Source: Eledone cirrhosa (Eukaryota). Taken from it: a stretch of DNA of 64,000 nucleotides. This document shows, in pieces, positions 51,981 through 62,811 of this stretch. Below the pieces are notes generated by a model. That model was given only the letters and a program-made list of their open reading frames with translations, searched no databases and had not been told where the DNA came from. Position 1 is the stretch's first letter. Every line of letters starts with the position of its first letter. The stretch is taken from the NCBI GenBank assembly GCA_964016885.1, contig OZ024752.1, forward strand, positions 7,998,001-8,062,000. Reading direction: 5' to 3'. The translations under genes were made by a program, and so were the position numbers.

Positions 51981-52289
51981 ATTATCATCATCATTTTACG
52001 TCCGCCTCTCCCTGCTTGAAAGGGTGGGACGTGAACTGATGCTGGCTTGATTTCTACAGCTGGATGCCCTTCTTAACACCAACCTCATTTACAGTGAGTG
52101 CTGGGTGCTTTGCAGTGGAATGATAGGGACCCCAGTCCTATCATCTCATTTCTACAGCTGAGTGAACTGAAGCAATGTGAAAAATAAAGTGTCTTGCTCA
52201 AGGAAACAACACATCACCCGGTCTGAGAATTGAACTCACAACCTTTCGATTGCAAGGCCAATGCTCTAACCACTAAGCCATGTGCCTCC
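51981..52289 (-). mobile_element. SINE family B, near full length, in (TA)n
   Basis: GGAGGCACATGGCTTAGTGG head, B-box, core and RTE-type tail. Confidence 0.92.
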
Positions 52290-52335
<46 letters not shown>

Positions 52336-52524
52336 TAAGGCTAAAAAGTAAGTCCTCTTACTCTGGTTTCACTTGTTTATCACAGGGTCATCAGACAGGA
52401 AGTAAAGTTTCAATGGCAGACACAGTATATATATATATATTGTACTCCTGAAGAAGGGCTAAAGCCTGACACGTCAAACTTTCTTTCCCTTTTCCATATA
52501 AAGCATGAAACTAAACTATATATA

Positions 52525-53815
52525 CATCATCATCATCATTTTACGTCCGCTTTTCCCTGCTTGCAAGGATGAGATGGGTCTTATTCAGCACAGCATCTCC
52601 CCACTTGTCACGGTCCTTCGTCATCTCCACCGTGAGCTTCAGCGATCTGAGGTCTGTTCTCACCACCTCCGCCCATGTTTTTCGTGGTCTTCCTCTACCA
52701 CGTCTTCCTTCAACTGGCATTTCCTGGTACTTCTTCACCCATCGGTCATCCTCTATGCGTATCACGTCCATACCACCTCAGTCTCCTCTCTCGCACACTA
52801 CATTCTTCTATCCCTCTCAGACACAGTTTCTCTCTTAACACATTTATGCTGGGTCGTTCACGCACATTGACATTGCACATCCAACGGAGTATGCTTGCCT
52901 CATTTCTCTCCAGCCGTCGCATATCCTCTGCAGTTGCTGCCCATGTCTCACTACCATGCAGCATCGCACTCCTCACACAGGCATCATATAACCGGCCTTT
53001 CATACGCAGGGAGAAACCTTTCTTCGTCAGCAGCTCCCTAAACTTATTCCAACCCATCCTTATTCTAGATACTATGGCCTCGGAACACCCCCCTCCCATG
53101 CTAATCTGATCTCCTAGGTACCAGAAGCTATCCACCACTTCTATAGCACCCACCTGCATTTGAAAAATGTGTCTATCAATGCGACTTCTACTGTCTAATT
53201 TCCCTGTACATCTACTGCATACATATTTCTCCCTACCTGTTAGTTTGCCTGCTATACCGCTAGATTGTGTACATTTTATAGAATTTATGCTAGTTCCATT
53301 TCTGCATATCGAACATCGCCATTTCCCTGACGGAATCAGTGTTTTGTCCTTTTTTCTACTCATTAACACTTTTGTCTTAGCTAGGTTCACTCTCAGTCCT
53401 CTTGCTTTCAACTGTTGTTTCCATAGCCAGAATTTATTCTCTAACTCCTCTACTGATTCTGCTATAAGAACCAGATCGTCAGCATAGAGAAGTTCCCATG
53501 GACAGCCAGTCTTAAACTCCTGTTATGGCTTGGAGGACTATAATGAACAAGAGCGGGCTGAGGACCGAACCTTGATGTACTCCTACTTGTATCTGGAATT
53601 CCTCACTAAACTCCATTCCTACCCTGACTTTACTGACAGTACCTCTGTACAAAGTTTGCACTGTCCTCACAAGCCATTCCTCAACACCTAGTTCCCTTAG
53701 GGACCACCAGATGACAAATCCGGGTACCCTATCAAAGGCCTTCTCTAGGTCAACAAAGGCTAAGTATAGTGGCTTATTTTTCTCTAAAAACCTCTCTTGT
53801 AATTGTCTCACCATG
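52525..53815 (-). mobile_element. RTE-clade LINE (family 1), 5'-truncated and frameshifted, short 3' tail
   Basis: LYLAFVDLEKAFDRVP, GVHQGSVLSPLLF, YADD, Cys-rich insert, MLHGSETW, RLRWYG, RGRPRKTW. Confidence 0.95.
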
Positions 53816-53819
53816 ATAT

Positions 53820-53996
53820 ATACTATTATATTCTCACAGTAAAGTCTTTACCTCACATAATATTGAATCTGAGATATTGATATTATTTATTTTGAGAACA
53901 ATACCTTAACATCAGTATGAGTGGCCGGGTACGGATGGTTTGAACAGAAAGGTAAGATAATTCTGGCCGGATATGGCCAGTTTATATGCTAAAGGG
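53820..53996 (-). mobile_element. piggyBac-type MITE, partial
   Basis: Ends ATGCTAAAGGG|TTAA; body is the reverse complement of the 34758 family. Confidence 0.8.
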
Positions 53997-54203
53997 TTAA
54001 GGCTAAAAAGTGAGTCTCTTACTCTGGAGTTTCACCTGTTTACCTACAGAGTCATTGGACAAGAAATAACGTTTCAATGGCAGATACACTAAGTGTGTGC
54101 ATATATATATATATAGTCATTCTTCTTGTGATGCTAAACTCCGCCAGTTGCAGACTGTGCATCAACATGAGATATCTCTCTCCACAAAGTTTGATCACCA
54201 GCA

Positions 54204-54239
<36 letters not shown>

Positions 54240-54770
54240 AAGGTATATATTGAATTAGAAACTCAAAATAGTCTCTAACACACACACATATATATATATA
54301 TACTTACATATATGTAAACAAGACTGTTATTGCTCCAACCAGTCTCTTTATCTTCAATAACACCCTAAATATACATACACTTACACTACACACATATATA
54401 CACTGTATAAATATATAGAACAAACAAGCAATCATCAAATGTCCTATATATAAATAATACACTCAGACAACCAAGCCAATAAACAAGTCATCTAGTGAAC
54501 AAGACCATCAGATTCCAAATTCATAAAAAATACATTTGTAAAAACCGAGCTAATCACGAACTAAGACATCCTCCTTAATCTCTACCTCAGACATCCTATT
54601 TCCTAACCCCTTAACTTGCCCTAAATATTGGTAGGGGAGAGACAGGCTTTTTTCAAGCTGCAGTCATCAGATTATGCAGTTACTGTATAAGAATAGATAT
54701 TAAATATCCATTATAAATACATACATATATAATATATATAAATGTATGTATTGTATATTGAATATACGGG

Positions 54771-57105
54771 ATCATCATCATCACCATCACCGTTTTACGT
54801 CCATTCTTCCACGCTAGCATGGGTTAGACGGGTTGTCCTGTTGTGGGCAGTGTCTGGTCGGCTGACCATGCCTTGCTCTTACAGGAACTGATTTGGCTTG
54901 ATTTCTACAGCTGGATGCCCTTCCTAACACCAACCTCATTTACAGTGAGTGCTGGGTGCTTTTTCGTGGCGCCTACACGTCCACTTTACAGTGTGGACTG
55001 GGTGCTTTTTTTGCCGTGGCACCTCCACGACCACCTTGCGGTGGGAGGTGTGGAGGCATATTGTCTATATGCTTCAGCTTGTACCCATGGGAGGTCGGGT
55101 ACTCTGTATTACTGCGTGACGCCAGAGGTCACGGTCGTGTGTCATTGCCTTTGAGAGGTGTAATTGGGTAAGGTCGGCTTTTATCACCTCATCCCAAGTC
55201 ATCTTGGGTCTCCCCACTCCGCGGTTTCCATCGACTTCTAGTGCTCTGCACCTTTTTATGCAGCTGTCATCCTTCATACGCATCACATGTCCATACCAGC
55301 GCAACCGCCTCTCCTGCACACAGCATTTGATTCCTCTTATGCTCAGTCTCTCTCTCAATTCATTTATGCTTTGTCGTTCACGTATATTACTGTTACACAT
55401 CCATCGGAGCATGCAGGCTTCGTTTCTCTCTAATCTACGCAAGTCTTCCACCTTCAACGCCCAGGTCTCACTACCATGCAACATTGCTGTTCGGATACAC
55501 GCATCATACAGTCTGCCTTTCATTCTGAGGGAGAAGCCTTTTGCAGCTAGCAGTGGTAGTAGTTCCCTAAACTTCTTCCATCCCGTTCTTACCCTAGTTA
55601 TTGTACTTTCTGAACACCCACCTCCGCTGCTAATTCGGTCACCTAGGTAGCAGAAGCTGTCTACTGTTTCTACAGAGCCCTCCCAGAGATTGGTGGTACT
55701 TGTTTCCTGTGGCTGTTTGCTGCTTGCTGTCCCAGCACAGCTGCTGCATGTGAAGCCTACACTCTTAATTAAGCTTCCTGAGATCCCGCTACTTCTCTTG
55801 TGTACCCATCGTTTGCATTTGGGGCAGAGAATGGAGTTTCTACCTACACCTTTCCTACATACTGAGCAAGGCCATTTCGCTGAGGGGATCTGGGTTCTGT
55901 TTTCTCGTCTACTTACAAGGACCTTAGTCTTTGTCATGTTAACTTTGAGACCCTTTCTTTCTAGTCCCTGCTTCCAAGTTTGGAATTTATTCTCTAGTTC
56001 TACCATAGATTCAGCTATGAGTGCGAGGTCATCAGCATACAGGAGTTCCCATGGGCATCCGGTCTTAAACTCCTCCGTTATTGCCTGCAGGACTATGATG
56101 AACAGGAGAGGGCTAAGAACAGAGCCCTGGTGGACCCCAACCTGTACGCTAAATTCCTCGCTATACTCATTGCTAATCCTAACTTTGCTGACTGCTCCCC
56201 TATACATGGCTTGTACCGCTTTCACAAGCCATTCATCTACTCCTAGTTTTCTAAGAGCCCACCAGATTACAGCATGTGGAACTCTGTCAAAGGCTTTCTC
56301 AAGGTCGACAAATGCCAGGTACTTTTCCTGTAACTGCCTCACAAGGAAGAGGGCATCAGTGGTGCCTCTTCCTGGTACAAACCCAAATTGCATCTCGTCT
56401 ATTTTCACCCGGTCCCTAATCAACTGTGCTATAACTCTTTCTGTTACTTTCATGACCTGGTCCATCAACTTTATACCTCTATAGTTTCCTCTATCTAGTG
56501 CATCGCCTTAACCTTTGTAGCAGATGACAATGATGCTACTGCACCAATCTTTTGGTATGACACCTTCTAGTATTACCTGGTTAACAATACGTGTGGTTAT
56601 AGTGTGACCTACAGACCCAGATGCCTTCAGCATCTCGGCAGCTATACCCGATGGATCGGTTGCCTTCCCCATCTTCATATCTTTGATTGCCTTACTTACT
56701 ACGTTGCTGCTGACTTGTACTGCTGGCCCCTCTATAGGGTCTACTTGGGGTAGGGTCTCTTCTTCCCATGCATTCTCCTCATTTAGTAATCTATCATAAT
56801 GACTCTTCCATGCATCTTTCTTCTCAGCACTTGTGAGGGCAAGCTCACCTTTATCATTCCGGATACACTTCTCTCCAATGACATCACAACTATCTCTGAC
56901 ACACTGCCTCGCAATCTTGAACACCTCCTGTTTCTGGTCCTCATGTTGCAAAACATGCTTGAATTTTCTATCCTCTGCTTCCCTCCTAGCTAAGTATACT
57001 TGTCGCCTAGCTTCCCTCTTGGTCTCTATGTAATGTACCCTGCTCCCCCCGTTCTTCCATTCTTTCCATGCCTGTCTCTTGGCCTTAACTGCTTCATCTA
57101 CCATG
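54771..57105 (-). mobile_element. RTE-clade LINE (family 2), 5'-truncated; RT region largely open (55074-56468), long 3' UTR
   Basis: QFGFVPGRGTTDALF, FVDLEKAFDRV, QGSVLSP, YADD, PHD-like WPCSVC..C..C..WVH..C..C insert, RLRWYGHVMR; upstream linker ORF 56508-57100. Confidence 0.96.
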
Positions 57106-57452
57106 TTTATGAAAAAGATTTGAAGGCTTTTCGCTATGAATTTGTGACAAACACCCGACACCTAAACTCAGCAAAAGCAGTAAATGATGCATACAGGACT
57201 TTAATTACAATGTCATTTGGTTCTGTTCAGTTTGTCTTCCAGAGTAAAGACACCAGCCAACAGCCAGCACAACCATTATTGACATATAAGACTACTAAAG
57301 ACAGTTTACATCATACTCTTTAGATACAAACATGAACTATACAATGATTTGTGTCTGACTCAGATGAGAGGGCTGAGTATTAACAAATATGATAGTAACT
57401 GGGGAGAACTTAGTAGATGACAATGGGCCAGAGAAGTGGTATTATCTGGAAA

Positions 57453-57645
57453 AAGTGGCAGTGGATTGGCAGTATCGGTAGAGGGTTGGACACCATGCTT
57501 CGATGCATAGAGTTACAGCCCTTGCCATTCTGAGTTCAAATTCCGCTGAGGTTAACTTTGCCTTTCATTCTTACGGGGTCGATAAATAAAGTACCAGTAA
57601 TGTACTGGGTAATTGCTGGCTTTGTGCCAAAAGTAGAAACAATTA
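57453..57645 (+). mobile_element. SINE family A, full length
   Basis: TGGCAGTATCGG A-box, GAGTTCAAATTCC B-box, core and tail. Confidence 0.88.
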
Positions 57646-57948
57646 TCTGGAGAAAGTGGATGTGTCCATGACCTTTGTAGACTCTCTGAGATGCCATTAA
57701 CATCAGTAAGATAAATAAAATGTTCTTACCCAACTTTTTCTTTCATTGATAACAAGCTCACAAGGCATAAAACTGAGTGGAATTGATGAAGTGGGTAGTT
57801 TAGACTGAGTTGGAGAGTATGTATCTTCATGTAGTAGATGATCACTTCCAAAGCAACTGTAGCAGTTCCTCAGGAGTTCAACCTCAGCCCAAGGTGACTG
57901 AAAATATTAAAAATAAACATACACATATATATATATATATATATATAC

Positions 57949-58420
57949 GAGGGGGCTTCAAAATGTTTGTGGAAAAAGTACATAGCTAAACGTCATATGC
58001 AGTGATTTTGATCTCAATGCACCTGTACATTCTCATACTTGTTTCTACTTTAGGCACAAGGCCAGCAATTACCCAGTGCATTACTACATTCTCATACTAA
58101 CGTGTCATAACATGTTCTAATATGAACCCTTAAATGCATGTTGCAATGCGGCGCCACTAGTCGGAAGTCAGCACCCACTCGACCAACATGACCTCCATCA
58201 AAACATCAAATTCATGTTGAAGCTAGGGTGGAAGAGCAGCCAAATCATTGACGCTCTGGAGAAAGTTTATTTGGACAATGCCCCAAAGAAACCAACAAGC
58301 TACAAATGGATAAGTCGTTTGAGAAGTGGAAGAGATGAGGTTGAAGATGTAAAAAAAGTTGCTTTGACATGGTTTAAATGACACGACCCTCAGTTTTACA
58401 CAAATCGACTTAAAGCCTGG
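57949..58420 (+). mobile_element. Mariner (Hsmar2/irritans-like) internally deleted element
   Basis: TA|CGAGGGGGCTTCAAAATGTTTGTGGAAAA TIR; from 58202 NIKFMLKLGWKSSQIIDALEKVYLDNAPKKPTSYKWISRLRSGRDEVED fused to the C-terminal VKKVALTWFK*HDPQFY. Confidence 0.87.
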
Positions 58421-58423
58421 TGT

Positions 58424-58476
<53 letters not shown>

Positions 58477-58774
58477 CTGACGAGATTGTTTTAGAAAAAA
58501 CAGGAGCAAGCAGGAGAAAGCTCTCAACATCCATAGTTTGTAGTTACAATGGAATTTAGTGTAATAATAACAATAACATTAATAAAGAAGCTGCTGTTAT
58601 ATAAATCGTTTATTGATAATAATTATTTCAACGGTTCCCATGCAATCAAGATGTAATTTATGCATTTGTTGTTGTTATGAGAACGGTATCTTCAGATGAA
58701 ATTCGATTTTGTGATATGCTGCACACAGAAAAAAACACGTCCTTCTACTTGAGTGCCCGGCAGACATATAAGAG

Positions 58775-58970
58775 CAGTGGAATGGCAGTATCAGTAGAGG
58801 GCCGGATGCTATGCTTTGCAGCATAAAGTTATGGCCCTTCACGACCTGAGTTCAAATCTTGCCGAGGTTAACTTTGCCTTTCATCCTTACGGGGTTGATA
58901 AAATAAAGTATCAGTAATGTACTGGGTAATTGTTGGCCTTGTGCCAAAAGTAGACACAATTATTATTAAT
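58775..58970 (+). mobile_element. SINE family A, full length
   Basis: As for the 57453 copy. Confidence 0.88.
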
Positions 58971-59228
58971 ATTATATATATATATATACCATCATGACTT
59001 TTCTATTTGGCATGGGTTGGACAGGTTGAGACAATATTAGACAGGCAGATGCTCTTCCTGACATCAACCCTTTACCTCTTACGACATATATATATTTAGA
59101 AACTTTTTTAAAGAGACAGTAAATATATTTTGTTAGCATTTAAGAAAAAAAATCTTTTCTCAACAACTGATCAACCCTTAAAGACATTGTTCTATCTGGC
59201 TTTTAAGGGCTTTTAGCAGAGTCTAGAC

Positions 59229-59860
59229 CAAAGGTTCTCAACGGGGGGCGTTTGGGAGCAAGGTCGCGTTAGGGGGGCGTTTGGAGCTGGGGACAGCGCT
59301 GAGTTTTTCCATTTTTAGGATCTCAATTACTGGACATGCCTGCGCACCTGCGGTTTGAATGAGTTTGCAGACAGCATAACTATAGTCTGACCACAGCTGT
59401 AAAGGCATGTCCAGTAATTGAGACGTTAACCGGTAATTGAGATCCTAAAAATGGAAAAACCCACAGTCAACTGAGTCAAAGACACTTTGAGTGCAGACAG
59501 TTAGAATCTTATTTTTCCTTCACCGATAACAATGTATTTCATGTCTGAAATTATTGACTCAACCGTAACGAGTTAACACTATGTAGATCTATTTTATTCC
59601 CTATTGTATAAATATTACAAATAAAAAAAAAAGAAAAGAAAAAAAAACAGAAGCGAGTAGAACACACATCTAGGACCACATACAACATAATCAGATAATA
59701 CACACATGTTTGGAATATTGTTAATCAATTTTTTAGTAATCTACTGATATAAAAATCAGTAGTATATTGAAAAAGTGAAAAAATAGGGTGGCGGGGGAAG
59801 AGGTTCGTGATTTCGAGGTACAAAAGGGGGCGTTTGGCCTAAATGGGTTGAGAACCTGTG
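59229..59860. mobile_element. Complete non-autonomous hAT (Charlie-type) transposon
   Basis: Perfect 8-bp TSD GTCTAGAC (59221-59228, 59861-59868); TIRs CAAAGGTTCTCAAC / GTTGAGAACCTGTG. Confidence 0.93.
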
Positions 59861-59879
59861 GTCTAGACTATTGCAAGCA

Positions 59880-60082
59880 TTTGGGTCATGTCTCCAGTTT
59901 GAGATTCCCTCCTTCCCCACTGGTTTTTGGGGTCATATCTCAGTTTGAGATTCCCCCCTTCTTCCCCCTCTTCACAGGTATTCGGGGTCATGTCTCAAGT
60001 TTGAGACTCCCTCCTCCTTCCCCCTCTTCACAGGTATTTTGGGTCATGTCTCAAGTTTGAGACTCCCTCCTCCCCTTCACTG
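59880..60082. repeat. Minisatellite, unit about 47-57 bp, x4 (GGGTCATGTCTCAAGTTTGAGACTCCCTCC...)
   Basis: Direct. Confidence 0.85.
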
Positions 60083-60721
60083 GAGACCCTCAAGAGAACT
60101 GCTCTTCTCTCCCTGAATAAAACAATAAAGTCATTGCCACAGTTTTTCCCAAGTTTCTATCTTTATTGTTATTTATTCATGTCTAATGAATACCCACCAT
60201 AGATTACATCCTACCCCCATTAAAATAGAGATATGAGAGTACAGGGGCCTCTATCATTAAAATATTCAACTCTTACGAGGAGCAACCCCATAGGAGGCCA
60301 GTTAAACTTGTCACCTACAACCTGGTAGTTATTTGAGGTTTTAGTCTTTTGTCATCATATTTCTAATGAAATACACAAAAATAATTTAAAATTTGGAAGG
60401 ATTTTAGTAAAATAAATTATCTTTTCATTTTATATAAGTTTCTTACATAAAATTATAATGGAATGTTTAAATTTGAATATAAACACTATAAAATGTAAGG
60501 TTTTATATTACAAAATCTGAGGCAGTTTCAAGTGGGTTTGTATCAAAAGGTTAATAAAACGATTAATTTGGTTTCTGTAAAATGTTTACTTACTTAAGAG
60601 ATGTGTTTATTTAATAAAATCTGCAGTTATGTCTGTAAGGTTAAGAAGTTCACTTTGCAACCACTATGTTTCAAGTTTTGTCCCACTGTGAGAGACGGTC
60701 TTGTTTTTACTATAGTCTTAA

Positions 60722-60882
60722 CCCTTTAGCATTTAAACCGGTATATCCGGCTAGAATTATCTCACCTCTTTCAGTTCAAACCGACCATAACTGGCCAGTC
60801 ATACTGATGTTACAGTATTGTTCTCAAAATAAATAATATTAATATCTCAGCTTTGATATTATGTGAAGTAAATGCTAAAGGG
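60722..60882 (+). mobile_element. Complete short piggyBac-type MITE nested in an older SINE
   Basis: TTAA TSDs at 60718-60721 and 60883-60886; TIR CCCTTTAGCATTTA / TAAATGCTAAAGGG; SINE halves on both sides. Confidence 0.9.
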
Positions 60883-61055
60883 TTAATTTAACTAATGCCT
60901 TGTGAGTAAATTTGGTAGGTTAGGAACTGTGAGCAACCCTGCTGTATGTATTGAAATGATTATTCAAAACCCGAGAGTATACCAGGAATGGTATCCAGTC
61001 ATAGAATTTGGCCTGAAATAGTCATCCAACCCATGCTAGCAAGGAAAAGTGAATA

Positions 61056-61531
61056 TCTTAACTATAAAATAAGGAGTGCGGGACTGCATCCAGAATATAA
61101 TTTTTTATCCCATTTGAAAAATAAGTTGGATTACGTTGAATAAATAATGAATGAATATTACATAATTTATCTACTAAATTTCGTAGCTTTTGATTAAATA
61201 CATTTTATTGCTTATTTAAAGATTCACTTATTTAAAATTTTCAAATGTCAACACTTCCGGTTAGCGACGTTTAAATAAACATTCATATATTTCCGTCACT
61301 AATTTTCCTAATGCAATTTATAAATAATATCGTGTTTTTTTAATGTATCATGGATTACGTTACTGATTACATAAGACAGTGTAACGCAGTCTTTGTTCAA
61401 TTTCTGTGCGTATTGTCAATTACGATGTCATTTGATGTATCATATCTACATGTATATATACCTGCGTATAATATCAATATACACACTACACATGCTAGCA
61501 GAAACCACTGGAAGGGTGGTTTTTCTTCTAG
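61056..61531 (+). mobile_element. Non-autonomous Helitron, copy 2
   Basis: A|TC start, subterminal hairpin AAACCAC..GTGGTTT, CTAG|T end. Confidence 0.78.
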
Positions 61532-61699
61532 TAAAAATAATGATGCCATGGAGCTGGAATTTTTCCTGTAAATTCCCACCTACCAATTCTAAATATACTC
61601 ATTCTTTGATGAATTGACAAGATCTCAGACCTCATCTGTTTAACATGTGGAAGTAGAACTCAGCAAATTGGACCAAGGAAACAATGTTTCCATTGCTGA

Positions 61700-61866
61700 C
61701 ACTATTGTATTTTCATGGTAAAAGCTTTACCTCACATAATATCGAATCTATGAGATTTTGATATTTATTTTGAGAACAATACCTTAACATCAGTATGAGC
61801 AGCCGGTTTGACCAGAAAGAGGCGAGAGAATTCTGGCCGGATACGGCTGGTTTAAATGATAAAGGC
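61700..61866 (-). mobile_element. piggyBac-type MITE, partial
   Basis: Reverse complement of the family body; another fragment at 62550-62614. Confidence 0.75.
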
Positions 61867-62621
61867 TACAGCAAAGATATTTACTGAAGATGTCAAGCAA
61901 TGGGATTGAACCTAGGACCTCCTACCTGCAAAATGAACTTCTTTACCACTTATCAACCATGCCTGTGTCCCTGTTCCTAATTATATTACTAATCAATATC
62001 AAATGAAGTTATAATAGTGACCAGATTGAGTGCAATGATGTAGCGAGCCCGGCTTCAGTCAATTATAGATCTGACCATCTGACCTGCCAACAACACCACT
62101 ACCATCTCAGTCAAGACAAACAGGAAATAGACAATTAAACATGACTAATAACATCTGACGCTAACAAAAGAAGGGGAAGGTGAAAGACTGGGGTGGCAGC
62201 TATTAATTACCCTGCTGTGTAGAAATATTATCAAATTTTTTAGGGTTTTAAGTACTTTAGTGTCACCCCTTACCAAGCAAGTGGAACAACCCATGTAACA
62301 TTCCCAGTTCTGTATGATGATGCACTCTCCAACTCTAGGCATGGGTTGGAAAGGTTTTCCAATGCTCATGTTTTACAGCCAGATGTACTTCCTACTGTCA
62401 ACCTTTTTCAGTTGCCTGCTCTTATGACATACAGGGATCAAGTGCACCTATTCTAAAACCAGGATCACTCTGCCCTGAGTCACTCTCCCTTTGATGTTAC
62501 TCCCAACAACCAAGTCTCAACTCACCACAGAAATATCATTATATATCTCAGTTTGAACAGAAATAGGTGAGAGAATTCTGGCCGGATATGGCTGGTTTAA
62601 ATGCTAAGGGATTAAAGGGGC

Positions 62622-62804
62622 TTGTATATATCTGTTGTTGCACCTCACACCTATGTAGAGCTGGCCTCCCTCCTACAAGGTTGCACCTGTATATCTGTTG
62701 TTGCACCTCACACCTATGTAGAGCTGGCCTCCCTCCTACAAGGTTGCACCTGTTTATCTGTTGTTGCACCTCACACCTATGTAGAGCTGGCCTCCCTCCT
62801 ACAA
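62622..62804. repeat. Minisatellite, 63-bp unit x3
   Basis: TGTATATCTGTTGTTGCACCTCACACCTATGTAGAGCTGGCCTCCCTCCTACAAGGTTGCACC. Confidence 0.93.
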
Positions 62805-62811
62805 AGTAACC

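Noticed and set aside
55204-56484. Long plus-strand ORFs (148 and 264 aa)
   Set aside because: Antisense shadows of the RTE ORF; the same holds for ORFs opposite the CR1 copies and RTE family 1
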